NCBI GenBank assembly: GCA_048939625.1
Contig: JBHLPH010000003.1
Coordinates: forward strand, 32,001 to 96,000
Source of the DNA: Promethearchaeota archaeon
GTDB lineage: Archaea > Asgardarchaeota > Hermodarchaeia > Hermodarchaeales > Hermodarchaeaceae
Direction of reading: 5' to 3'
DNA: 64,000 bases
Shown here: in pieces, positions 9,866 to 19,502 of the stretch
Numbering within the stretch: the stretch's first letter is position 1
Layout: each line of letters begins with the position of its first letter
The notes under the pieces: generated by a model
The model's input: only the letters and a program-made list of their open reading frames with translations
Databases searched by the model: none
What the model was told of the DNA's origin: nothing
Translations under genes and position numbers: made by a program

Positions 9866-11137
9866 GTGATATTGATGCCAATGAATTCTCATCCTTCAAA
9901 AGATATCGTCGAAACCCTTAGTACACAACTACGTGGTAAGTTTATTATTCTCTGCGTTACTGGAAGTGTTGCTGCTGTCCAGAGTTCTGAGATTGCACGT
10001 TTACTAATGCGACATGGTGCAGAAGTAATAGCGGTTTTTTCCGATGCGGCTCAGGAAATTATTCATCCTTATTTAATGGAGTGGGCGACAGGCAATCCTG
10101 TTGTAACGAAATTAACTGGGAGGATTGAGCATATTGCCCTAGCTGGAGAACACGCCGGAAAGGCCGATTTGGTTTTAATAGCTCCAGCTACTGCAAACAC
10201 CATATCCAAAATTGCCATGGGTATTGATGATACTCCAGTCACATCAACTGTAACAACAGCATTTGGATCAGGTATACCGATTATCATTATTCCGGCGATG
10301 CATGTTTCAATGTACAAGCACCCCATCGTTCGTGACAATATTAAGAAGCTTGAAGGACTGGCTGTAGAGGTTATTGGACCGCGAATAGAAGAAGGAAAAG
10401 CAAAGATTGCTACACCACAAGAAGTAGTAGAACATATTCTTGATCGCTTTGGGAACAAAGAGGACCTAGAAGGGTTGGAGTTCCTGATTACAGCAGGTCC
10501 AACTCTTGAGTATATTGATCCTGTTAGGATTATTACGAGTAAAAGTTCTGGGAGAATGGGCATAGAAATTGCTAAAGCAGCATATAGTCGAGGGGCAAAG
10601 GTTACACTTGTGTATGGCCATGGGAGTGAACCTGCACCGGAGAAGATGAAGGTTATTGACGTAGAAACCACTCAGGAGATGTATGATGCAGTAATGACCG
10701 AATTATCTTCGAAGAAATTCGATGTGGTTATTGCGGCAGCAGCTGTGGCAGATTGGACTCCTAAAACACCACAAAAGGAAAAAATCCCCACCGCGAAGAC
10801 GCAAACTCTCTCAGTAGACTTTAAACCAACACCCAAAATTGTAGATGGGATTAAAAGTAAACAAGAATCTGTGTTCCTTATTCTTTTCAAAGCAGAACAT
10901 AATGTCTCTGATGAGGAGCTTATTAAAAGAGCTCATACGCGTCTGACAAAAGCCAACGCTGATTTAATTGTAGCCAATGATGTTGGCCGAGAAGGTGTCG
11001 GGTTTGACACAATAACCAATGAATTATTCGTCATTAACAGAAAGAAAAAGACAATTCACATTCCGAAGTCGTCAAAAACACAAGTCGCCCACAAGCTCTT
11101 GGACATAGTTAAACCGATGATTAGCAAGAAGAAATGA
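9866..11137 (+). CDS. coaBC: Bifunctional phosphopantothenoylcysteine decarboxylase/synthase
   Basis: TGSVAA, APATANTISKIA.GIDD, PAMH, ITAGPTLEYIDPVR, SSGRMG, AAVAD. Confidence 0.96.
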   Translation: MILMPMNSHPSKDIVETLSTQLRGKFIILCVTGSVAAVQSSEIARLLMRHGAEVIAVFSDAAQEIIHPYLMEWATGNPVVTKLTGRIEHIALAGEHAGKADLVLIAPATANTISKIAMGIDDTPVTSTVTTAFGSGIPIIIIPAMHVSMYKHPIVRDNIKKLEGLAVEVIGPRIEEGKAKIATPQEVVEHILDRFGNKEDLEGLEFLITAGPTLEYIDPVRIITSKSSGRMGIEIAKAAYSRGAKVTLVYGHGSEPAPEKMKVIDVETTQEMYDAVMTELSSKKFDVVIAAAAVADWTPKTPQKEKIPTAKTQTLSVDFKPTPKIVDGIKSKQESVFLILFKAEHNVSDEELIKRAHTRLTKANADLIVANDVGREGVGFDTITNELFVINRKKKTIHIPKSSKTQVAHKLLDIVKPMISKKK

Positions 11138-11145
11138 AAAATTCC

Positions 11146-12162
11146 CTATATTGATTTGGAAAGTGCCTCCCAGAGAGCATCTGTTTCCGGTTGAAGCAGT
11201 GGTGTTACTGTTCCATCATTTTCGATTATTGTTCGCTGGTTTACATCTTCAACTAGGCGTCCAATAATAGAGGCAGAAATGCCCTCATCTTCTAAGGCTT
11301 TTATTACTGTTGAAGCATGTTCCGATTCAACCGCCATCAACATAGCACCACTTGAAATTAGGTTGAGGGGATCGATTTTGAGCAATTGACAGATTTGATT
11401 TGTTTCTTTGTGAATGACTAGCTTGCTCCGATCGACAATGAATCCAAGTTCTGAAGCATCGGCAAGTTCATGCAGCCCATTTGCTATCCCTCCCTCTGTA
11501 GGATCATGCATAGCTGTAACTACACCAGTTTCCATTGCTTTGAGTGCTTCTGGAACCACGTTGATACGCTGAATAAATTGCTGTGCACAATCAATCACTG
11601 AATCGGATAGTTCACTCCGGAGTAGTTTTTCTCGTTCTGTAGCTAAAATCGCCGTTCCTTCAATGGCTACTCCTTTAGTTAATATTATGGAATTATCTGG
11701 CTGTGCTTGAGTAGAGGTCACATACTTATTCTCTTCTGCTATCCCCATCATGAAACCAATGATAATCGGTCGATGTAAGTCAGCGGTTACCTCGGTGTGG
11801 CCACCAATAATACTAACCCCCAACTCCTGGGCTGCAGAATGCATTGAACCCATTATTTGTTTCAGCATTTGAGATTTGGCCTTTTCTGGAAGCAGGATTG
11901 TTGCTAAGAACCATCGAGGACGTATTCCAAAGGTGGCGACGTCATTAGCACAAATGTGGACAACATAGGCCCCTATATTGCGCACCACCCCAGTAATGGG
12001 ATCGGTAGTAGCAACTACAACTTCTCGCCCAACACGCACTAAAGCTGCGTCTCGACCGATTCCAGGACCATGGAGGACGTCGGAGTCATCAGCACCGAGA
12101 AAGGGGAAGACGGTTTTTTCTAAAAGTTTTGAAGAAACCTTTCCTAAGGGCAGTTCATGCAT
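11146..12162 (-). CDS. AIR synthase-related (PurM-like/HypE-like) protein
   Basis: GKV, DAA, TTDPITG, NDVAT.G, GGHTEVT, MHDPTEGGI...LHELA. Confidence 0.85.
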   Translation of the reverse strand: MHELPLGKVSSKLLEKTVFPFLGADDSDVLHGPGIGRDAALVRVGREVVVATTDPITGVVRNIGAYVVHICANDVATFGIRPRWFLATILLPEKAKSQMLKQIMGSMHSAAQELGVSIIGGHTEVTADLHRPIIIGFMMGIAEENKYVTSTQAQPDNSIILTKGVAIEGTAILATEREKLLRSELSDSVIDCAQQFIQRINVVPEALKAMETGVVTAMHDPTEGGIANGLHELADASELGFIVDRSKLVIHKETNQICQLLKIDPLNLISSGAMLMAVESEHASTVIKALEDEGISASIIGRLVEDVNQRTIIENDGTVTPLLQPETDALWEALSKSI

Positions 12163-12339
12163 TTGGTAGACACCACTTAGGCATTCTGCAGGAAAAATGG
12201 CTTAAATGTGTGTTTATCACTACCAAAATTTGATACATTCTGCTCGACGCGCATTTTTTAAAGCGCCAACCAGGAGAGCAATAGTTGGACACGGTTTGAT
12301 GATGGAAACGTGCATTAAGAATATGTTTTTGGTTGGCTG

Positions 12340-13014
12340 GTGATGAGTCGTACACGCGAAAAATGGGTGTATTATTGTCTTTGCATTGTAGTTGTTAGTG
12401 GCGTCGTTTTCTGGTTTGTAAATCCCATCATCGCCATACTAGCTGTAATTATTGACCTCCTTTCGGTGGCCATCATCTATGTTTATCGAACACCCGAAAA
12501 TGAAGCAGCGCCAGGTCCTCCCATTCAAGACGCCATTTCAACTGAAGAAGAAACTCAGGTGCAGGCTGCTCAGATTTCTGAAAAAAAAGAATCTGTGTTA
12601 GAACCAATATTAAATAAAGAACAATCATCTTCAGAAATAGACCTAATACCATCAAATCTTGAATCCTCAATTTTACAAGAAACTGATGATGCAACATCTG
12701 AGTTGCAACTACAAATTGCAGAATTAGAACAACGAGTTAAGTTATTAAATGAGCAGTTGGCACGGGATCCACGTTCTAGTGATGAAGACGAGATTGCAGG
12801 AACCAAGGAAGAGAAAGGTGAGATGGAAGATAGTGATGAAGAGCTATCGGAAAAAGCTATTCAACATCTTTTAGAATCTCTTGATGAGAAGCTTGCGAAA
12901 CGCGCAATTTCTAAGCAATTACACACCAGGTTACGCGACAAGTATATAGCAAGGATAGAGAAATCAAAGAGGAGACACGGCTCTGCAAAGCGGGGAACAA
13001 AGACTCAAGCATAG
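12340..13014 (+). CDS. Membrane-anchored protein (2 N-terminal TM, acidic linker, coiled coil, C-terminal SHOCT/CdvA-like motif)
   Basis: Hydrophobic N-terminus; LQLQIAELEQRVKLLNEQL coiled coil; LDEKLAKRAISKQLHTRLRDKY near the C-terminus. Confidence 0.7.
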   Translation: MMSRTREKWVYYCLCIVVVSGVVFWFVNPIIAILAVIIDLLSVAIIYVYRTPENEAAPGPPIQDAISTEEETQVQAAQISEKKESVLEPILNKEQSSSEIDLIPSNLESSILQETDDATSELQLQIAELEQRVKLLNEQLARDPRSSDEDEIAGTKEEKGEMEDSDEELSEKAIQHLLESLDEKLAKRAISKQLHTRLRDKYIARIEKSKRRHGSAKRGTKTQA

Positions 13015-13028
13015 GTGACAAATAAGGC

Positions 13029-13820
13029 ATGGTTAGCAAAAGAACGAGCGCCATCGTGGGCCTTTGGGTGATCGTGGCAGTCGTTTTAATCGTTGATTCC
13101 TTTCTCTTTTCTGCACTTTTACTTGACAGTCTTTTCCCCGGGTTAAGTGGGATCGTAAATGTCCTAATCTTTGCATTAATTCCCTTCATTTTTGCTAGTC
13201 TGCTACTTGACCGCCGTTCAACTCCTTCATCAACACCCAGTCCCTCTCGCCAGCCACCACGCGGAGCTCGATCTGCTTCTGGAGAACCTATTAGCAGGAC
13301 AAGACCAAAACCCCGGATAAAACGCGATAAGCGTGCCGAACAACTCGAAACCATTGTTGTTGAACCTGGAGCAATTGGAAATAGCAGTGGTCAATCCAAT
13401 TTATCAGCTACATCAACATCTAACTCTCAACAGCCAACGCCGTCAAGTTCAAGATTCCTTCGTTCTCGTCGAACGCAGTCAGAAGAAAACCATGAGATGG
13501 ACCAACAAGTCAAGGATCAACTTGATGCCATTGAGCTTGAAATGGCAAAGCTTGAGGAGCAACTTGAACAAAATGGCGTCTCGTCTACGCAAACGAACTC
13601 GAATTCTGTTTCTCCTCCAGAACCCATATCGAATAGTTCACCAGCACCAGCAATCCTGAGTGCTAATACACTTTCAAGTGAAGAAGCTACTTCGGAATTA
13701 CAAGCAATCGATGAACTACTCGCTCGGTTAGAACAACGGAAGCGCGCCGGAGGCGTTGATGAAGATACGTACGAGCGGCTGCGTGAAAAATACCTTAAAC
13801 GGCGTTCTGAACTAGCTTAG
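13029..13820 (+). CDS. Membrane-anchored protein (2 N-terminal TM, S/P/T-rich linker, coiled coil, C-terminal SHOCT/CdvA-like motif)
   Basis: Same architecture as the upstream gene; ends LARLEQRKRAGGVDEDTYERLREKY. Confidence 0.72.
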   Translation: MVSKRTSAIVGLWVIVAVVLIVDSFLFSALLLDSLFPGLSGIVNVLIFALIPFIFASLLLDRRSTPSSTPSPSRQPPRGARSASGEPISRTRPKPRIKRDKRAEQLETIVVEPGAIGNSSGQSNLSATSTSNSQQPTPSSSRFLRSRRTQSEENHEMDQQVKDQLDAIELEMAKLEEQLEQNGVSSTQTNSNSVSPPEPISNSSPAPAILSANTLSSEEATSELQAIDELLARLEQRKRAGGVDEDTYERLREKYLKRRSELA

Positions 13821-13878
13821 ACGATCAACCCTGTTCTACTACTCAAAAAGGACAAGTTTCTGGTAAGAGCAAGCAGGT

Positions 13879-14658
13879 TCAGTATTTTTTATGACGAAGT
13901 TTCATTACAGGTAAACTTCTTCGAACTGCTATAACATCGTCAAGGTCAATCATTGCATCAATTAGCTGGGGACCATTGTTTGCCTGAGCTAATGTTTGAC
14001 CATCTGGATGTATAATGGCGCTTCTACCACCAAATAGATTTGTTCCATCACTACCTACACGATTACATCCAATTACAAAGATTTGGTTCTCAATTGCTCG
14101 AGCCCGAAGTAGAGTAGCCCATATGGCAATTCGTTCAGCAGGAAATTGGGCAGGACAGAATATTACTTGGGCTCCATTTTGAGTTAGTTTTCCAGCAAGT
14201 TCTGGAAACCGAATATCAAAGCAAATCATGACACCAAAAAGCCCGAGTTCAGTTTTTATTATTGGAATATCAGTTCCTGCAGAAAGATATTGATCTTCTT
14301 GAAATGGAGGGAATAAGTGGACTTTGTCATAATTTCCAAGCAGTTTTCCGTCCTTTCCAATCAAATGACAAGTATTGAAAATCTGGGAATCACGCCTTTC
14401 GAGGATACTTCCTGCAACGATGAAAATTCTGAACCGACCTGCTAAATCCCGTAATAATTCGATTGTGTGACCCTTAGCCGATTCGGCGAGTTCTTCTGCT
14501 TTATCTAAACAATAGCCAGTAGTGAAAAGTTCAGGTAACACAATAAGGTCGACTTCTCGTGTTGCCGCTTCTTTCACCATCTGAACAGCAGTTTCAAGAT
14601 TGGTCTTCTTATCTCCTAATGCCACGTTCATTTGTGCACAAGCTACGCGAAACGCCAT
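13879..14658 (-). CDS. Carbon-nitrogen hydrolase (nitrilase superfamily)
   Basis: LPELFTTGY, YDKVHLF, ICFDIRFPE (E-K-C triad), RARAIENQ. Confidence 0.93.
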   Translation of the reverse strand: MAFRVACAQMNVALGDKKTNLETAVQMVKEAATREVDLIVLPELFTTGYCLDKAEELAESAKGHTIELLRDLAGRFRIFIVAGSILERRDSQIFNTCHLIGKDGKLLGNYDKVHLFPPFQEDQYLSAGTDIPIIKTELGLFGVMICFDIRFPELAGKLTQNGAQVIFCPAQFPAERIAIWATLLRARAIENQIFVIGCNRVGSDGTNLFGGRSAIIHPDGQTLAQANNGPQLIDAMIDLDDVIAVRRSLPVMKLRHKKY

Positions 14659-14752
14659 AACAACATAGCCCTTAACATGCTCACTCAAAAATGCTATCAA
14701 TCCATTTCAAGCAAGCAAAGCCTTTATGTTCCAAAGCCGTTATTGAGGCAGG

Positions 14753-15118
14753 TTGATTACCTTGACGGATACTAAGTTAAAACCTTCTACTCTGATGAAA
14801 CTCAAAGACCTGGATAATCTTGTGCGATTAGTCCATTGGTGGGCAGCGCGCGAGCGCACTGCAACGATTCTCTATTTCAAGAAAGGAGAGAAATACATCA
14901 TGGGTACAATGACGTCAATTCCAGGTTGGTATGATCTCCAAGGTATGCCACTTTTTCTTTACGTGGAAACTAGCAAGGCACCTAAAGGCGTGTTCATCAA
15001 ATACAAAGCCGATCCGGAAGAGCAATGGGACTATGCAAAGGGAACCTTTGATCGAACATGGATGTACATTCCACTAATCGAACTTTCCGCTATTCCGGAG
15101 TTCCTTAAGAACATCTAA
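14753..15118 (+). CDS. Conserved archaeal hypothetical protein
   Basis: 121 aa; WYDLQGMPLFLYV...FIKY...YIPLIEL resembles small conserved proteins of TACK/Asgard archaea (from recollection). Confidence 0.6.
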   Translation: MITLTDTKLKPSTLMKLKDLDNLVRLVHWWAARERTATILYFKKGEKYIMGTMTSIPGWYDLQGMPLFLYVETSKAPKGVFIKYKADPEEQWDYAKGTFDRTWMYIPLIELSAIPEFLKNI

Positions 15119-16314
15119 TCGATGGTGTCTTCACCCGCATCTTCGCTAATTATTTCAGCGTCTTCGAGAACTTGTTTTTCTAGGGAATCTGTTTCTTCTT
15201 CGAATAGCTCAGCGGATTCCATTAGTTCATCTGGTGCAGCAAAGAAGCTGAGTGCAAAAGCTAAGATAAAGATTAGACTTGACCCGACCATTAGTGTAGG
15301 TCGAAGGAAGTTGGCTGATACACTAAAGAAGCCATTAAGCACTTCTACGATGAGGAAAGCAGCTGCAAAGAGTATGCCGAAGATGGATAATTTCAGGTCT
15401 CCTCCAATGCCCACTGCGAATTTGACCAGATAGACGATTGCAATGATGCCGAGACAGAGGTAGTTAACGTAACTAACATTTCCTAGAGTTCCAGCAAACC
15501 CAATTGGGTCAGGAAAAGCGAGATTAAATGTCATCCCTGACGTGATTGACAAAGAGAAGAAGGGAATAAAGGGATTCAATACCACCCAAAAAATGGCGAA
15601 CAATGCTAGTTCTGCAAAGCGAATTAACCAGAGTTTTTGGCTATCCTTATGCTGTAGTATTCCACTTTCATCTAAGGTTCCATACGAAAGATGAAGAAGT
15701 GATCCAATTGCTAAGGCATTTACAATACAAAGTGACGTGAAGTACATTGGATCGAATAGAATCCACCAAGAAGTGAAGATTATCCCAGTAATAGCGATGA
15801 AGTATTGAAACCATATAATGGTGAAGTAGACCGGCATTATCGCCAATAGGATGAAGAGAATAAGTGTATAGCTACACCTTGCGCCTTGACTTTTTTGCCA
15901 GATATTTTCTGATCGGTGTACGATTCGATATGCAAGTACCAGAGCGGCAAAAATCGCCAATGGGGGTGAGAGGAAAGGAAAAATGAAGAATGCTAGGATG
16001 ATGAGAGTGTTAAAGCTGTAGAGCATTCGCCAACGAAGGGGAATGAGGTTTCCCTTTTTGTTCATTATCTCTGAGGCATTGATTGTGCGTTCCCGAAAGA
16101 TGTATACAAAAAGAATCCATGGAAATGAGAAGATTACGGGTATTATGAAGTAGCGAAAGATACTAGAAAGTGGTAGTTCAATTAGCCCGGGAATTAATGG
16201 GGCGAAAAAAGTGAGTATGTAAATTAGGCCGATAAAATAAGCAATCATCCCTATTGCGACTATAATAGGAAGAAGAAGGCTTGAGCGTTTGGCGTAAGGA
16301 TAGAGAAATGACAT
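15115..16314 (-). CDS. Polytopic membrane protein, hypothetical
   Basis: About 10 hydrophobic segments and an acidic C-terminal tail. Confidence 0.7.
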   Translation of the reverse strand: MSFLYPYAKRSSLLLPIIVAIGMIAYFIGLIYILTFFAPLIPGLIELPLSSIFRYFIIPVIFSFPWILFVYIFRERTINASEIMNKKGNLIPLRWRMLYSFNTLIILAFFIFPFLSPPLAIFAALVLAYRIVHRSENIWQKSQGARCSYTLILFILLAIMPVYFTIIWFQYFIAITGIIFTSWWILFDPMYFTSLCIVNALAIGSLLHLSYGTLDESGILQHKDSQKLWLIRFAELALFAIFWVVLNPFIPFFSLSITSGMTFNLAFPDPIGFAGTLGNVSYVNYLCLGIIAIVYLVKFAVGIGGDLKLSIFGILFAAAFLIVEVLNGFFSVSANFLRPTLMVGSSLIFILAFALSFFAAPDELMESAELFEEETDSLEKQVLEDAEIISEDAGEDTID

Positions 16315-16463
16315 GGCTGCTCGCTAGCGTCTAAGAGAATTCACCGTTTTTAATTTGCTGGCTTGGGACTGGTTTTCTGTGAAAAGAGGAGAAATGCTTA
16401 AATGGTGTTCACAGCTTAAACGCCTATATACTTTACAGCCATTAAGTATTTCAGGTGTAAACA

Positions 16464-17546
16464 ATGGGTCCGATTAGAGTTGCTATTGCCGGGCTAGGAA
16501 ATTGCGCATCCGCCCTCGTTCAAGGCGTGCACTATTATAAGGACGTCTCGGGAGACGAGGATCGCGTCACCGGCCTCATGCATCCATCTTTCGGAGGTTA
16601 TTTACCCCGCGACATCGAATTTGTGTCCGCCTTTGAAGTTAATGCGGGAAAAATCGGGAAGGATATTAGCGAGGCGATTTTTGTTCATCCCAATTGTGTA
16701 ATCAAATTTGCAGAAACACCCAAACTAGGAGTCAAGGTGCTTCCCGCCCCAATAATGGATGGAGTAGCCGAACACATGTTTGGTGCTTTTGATGTATATG
16801 ATCCCAAGGAAATTAAAGCCGTCGATGTAGCCGAAGAACTCCGTAATTCAAAAGCAGAGATTCTTGTCAACTTTCTTCCCGTCGGGAGTGCAGAAGCGTC
16901 TCGTTATTATGCTCAAGCAGCGTTAGATGCGGGATGCGGTTTCATTAATTGTATTCCTGAATTCATTGTCTCGGATAGCGGATGGCAAGATAAATTCCGT
17001 AAAGCCGGTCTCCCATTGGCGGGTGATGATATCAAAAGCCAAGTAGGGGCCACAATTCTTCACCGAGTTATCGCTCAATTGTTATCAGATCGCGGAATTG
17101 AAATTGATGAGACCTACCAGTTGAACATTGGTGGAAACACAGATTTTGAAAACATGCTTGCTGAACACCGTCTAAAAAGCAAACGAATTAGCAAAACTGA
17201 GGCTGTGACCAGCATTCTTGATTACCCGGTTCCAACACGGATTGGACCAAGCGACTACGTTCCGTTTCTCGATGACACCAAGGTATGCTATATCCATGCT
17301 CAAGGCAAGAAATGGGGCGGAATGCCCATCCAGATTGCTCTAAAACTTTCTGTTGAAGATTCCCCAAATAGCGCAGGAGTCGTTGCAGATGTCATCCGAG
17401 CCACAAAAATCGCCTTAGACCGCAGAACAAGTGGTCCATTATTGAGTATTTCGAGCTATTGCTTTAAGCACCCACCAGAGCAGATTGAGGATAGTATTGC
17501 TAAATTGCGGGTTGAAGAGTACATCCAAGGACAACGTGAACGCTAA
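16464..17546 (+). CDS. ino1: myo-inositol-1-phosphate synthase
   Basis: GLGNCASALVQG, GDDIKSQVGAT, QLNIGGNTDF, SKRISKT, DSPNSAG. Confidence 0.96.
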   Translation: MGPIRVAIAGLGNCASALVQGVHYYKDVSGDEDRVTGLMHPSFGGYLPRDIEFVSAFEVNAGKIGKDISEAIFVHPNCVIKFAETPKLGVKVLPAPIMDGVAEHMFGAFDVYDPKEIKAVDVAEELRNSKAEILVNFLPVGSAEASRYYAQAALDAGCGFINCIPEFIVSDSGWQDKFRKAGLPLAGDDIKSQVGATILHRVIAQLLSDRGIEIDETYQLNIGGNTDFENMLAEHRLKSKRISKTEAVTSILDYPVPTRIGPSDYVPFLDDTKVCYIHAQGKKWGGMPIQIALKLSVEDSPNSAGVVADVIRATKIALDRRTSGPLLSISSYCFKHPPEQIEDSIAKLRVEEYIQGQRER

Positions 17547-17562
17547 CTGGCATCTCTTTTTT

Positions 17563-17760
17563 TCAATCATCAGATGATTGGGGCATGGTTAGTGGTGATC
17601 CTGAGATCCAGAGTTCACGTTTGAGAAGATCACGGATTGCCACACGAATCGCTTCACTTCTAGTCGGATAAGTCCCTCTGTCAACAAGAGTATCCAATCC
17701 TCGCACATAGGCTTTGGGAAGTTTGACTGAGACCAAATGCAAGCGTATTACCCTGGACAT
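17563..17760 (-). CDS. Ribbon-helix-helix (CopG family) regulator
   Basis: LVSVKLP..YVRGLD.LV..G.YPTRSEAIRVAIRDLL. Confidence 0.88.
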   Translation of the reverse strand: MSRVIRLHLVSVKLPKAYVRGLDTLVDRGTYPTRSEAIRVAIRDLLKRELWISGSPLTMPQSSDD

Positions 17761-17891
17761 ACCCTGACCTATACCAGTGTATTATAAAAACACTTTCGCC
17801 TAACTCAAATCTAGCTTATTCCGAGTATGATTTTTCGGAAAAGCCTTTTAAGAAACTCCCGTTCGAAACAGTACAAACTCACCACTCTTGA

Positions 17892-19439
17892 GTGGTAACC
17901 ACAAAGGAGCGATTATTAATAATGGAAAAAATGCCACCTAAAGAACTTCCCTACACAACCCGATCGGTGTGTCCTGAATGTCTTTGCGTTGTTGATGCCA
18001 CCGTGTACGATGAAGACGGACAAGTCAAGATTAAGAAAGAATGTAAAGAACACGGTATTTACGAGGATACCTATTGGTCTAGTGTTGAGCAGTTCAACCG
18101 AGCATTTCAATTCGGCTACAAAGGTATTGGTCTTGATAATCCTAGGACCGAAACGGTTCATGGATGCCCTAATGATTGTGGTCTCTGTCCAAATCATAAA
18201 ACACACACTAATCTCGCCCTCATTGATGTCACAAACCGATGCAACCTAGAGTGCCCCATTTGTTTTGCACATGCAGGAAAAGCCGGATACGTCTATGAAC
18301 CTACTCTTGAAGAAATCCGAGGAATGCTTGAGAATCTTCGAGCTAATGAGCCGGTTCCTGCCCCAGCTGTCCAATTCGCTGGCGGCGAACCCACAATGCG
18401 AGCAGAGCTGCCTGAGATTATTCGAATGGCCAAAGAGGTCGGATTTCCCCACGTTGAGATTGCCACAAACGGATTATTACTTGGACAAAAAGGCTACCCT
18501 AAGAAACTCGCTGATGCGGGACTAAGTACAGTTTATATGCAATTTGACGGCATCACAAAAGAGCCGTATATTGCTGCTCGTGGTGTGAACTTACTTCCCC
18601 AGAAACTGAAAGCTCTTGAACGCTGCCGTGAGGAGGGTCTTCATAGTATTGTCCTTGTTCCAACACTTGTACGGGGAGTGAACGATCACCAGATTGGTGA
18701 CATCATCAGATTTGCTGTTAAAAATAGCGACATTGTGCGATGTGTCAATTTTCAACCCGTAGCAATCACTGGACGTATTGATGCTGACAAACGAAAAGAG
18801 ATGCGAATCACAATCCCAGATCTAAACTGCCTCGCTGAAGAACAAACCGAGGGCAAGTTAAAAACCACCGACTGGTATCCTGTTCCATTTGTTATGCCAT
18901 TTGCACGAGCTCTTGGCGCGTTATCAGGAAGCCCGATGGTCGAATTTTCCGAACATCCTGCCTGTGGCATGGCCACCTTTATCGTCATTGAAGATGACGG
19001 AAGCTGGGAACCTATTACAAAATATGTTGAAGTGGAAAAATTCCTCGGCACGCTTGAAAAGATGGCCAAGGACTTTGAAAAAGGTAGGCAGTGGCGTGGG
19101 AAAATGCGTGGTGTCATGGGAGCCATGCGTTTCTTCAAGAAACGAGGAATGCTCATGAACCTAGCGAACAACCTTCTAATCAAGAAGGATTATGACTCAC
19201 TTGCGGAATTCATGAAACGCATTATTATGATAGGTTCAATGCACTTCATGGACCCCTACAATTTCGATCTCGAACGCGTTGAACGCTGTGGAATTCACTA
19301 CGCTATTCCAGACGGTCGAATCGTACCATTCTGTTCGATGAACTCATTCCATCGATCTAAAATCGAACAGAAATTTGCGATGTCTGTTGAAGAATGGCAA
19401 AAAGCACATCCAGGGAAGAAGTTGAACGCACCAGCATAA
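17892..19439 (+). CDS. tes: Tetraether lipid synthase (GDGT macrocyclisation radical SAM enzyme, MJ0619-like)
   Basis: N-terminal SVCPEC...KKECKEHG, GCPNDCGLCPNH, CNLECPICF (radical SAM CxxxCxxC), GGEPT, HPACG, MHFMD.YNFDLERV.RC.IHY..PDGR.VPFC. Confidence 0.88.
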   Translation: MVTTKERLLIMEKMPPKELPYTTRSVCPECLCVVDATVYDEDGQVKIKKECKEHGIYEDTYWSSVEQFNRAFQFGYKGIGLDNPRTETVHGCPNDCGLCPNHKTHTNLALIDVTNRCNLECPICFAHAGKAGYVYEPTLEEIRGMLENLRANEPVPAPAVQFAGGEPTMRAELPEIIRMAKEVGFPHVEIATNGLLLGQKGYPKKLADAGLSTVYMQFDGITKEPYIAARGVNLLPQKLKALERCREEGLHSIVLVPTLVRGVNDHQIGDIIRFAVKNSDIVRCVNFQPVAITGRIDADKRKEMRITIPDLNCLAEEQTEGKLKTTDWYPVPFVMPFARALGALSGSPMVEFSEHPACGMATFIVIEDDGSWEPITKYVEVEKFLGTLEKMAKDFEKGRQWRGKMRGVMGAMRFFKKRGMLMNLANNLLIKKDYDSLAEFMKRIIMIGSMHFMDPYNFDLERVERCGIHYAIPDGRIVPFCSMNSFHRSKIEQKFAMSVEEWQKAHPGKKLNAPA

Positions 19440-19502
19440 GCGTTCGCTTCAAACCCTTCCCTTTATTTTTCAGTTCGTTCCCAATACAATGGGCGTTTTA
19501 TT

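Noticed and set aside
10069-10671. 200-aa minus-strand ORF and similar antisense ORFs (e.g. 18752-19183, 39367-39819, 63648-63980)
   Set aside because: They lie wholly opposite well-supported genes and carry no motifs.
11146-12162. Calling this gene hypE or selD
   Set aside because: It lacks the HypE C-terminal PRIC and the SelD N-terminal Cys/Sec-x-x-Lys motif, so it is left as AIR synthase-related.
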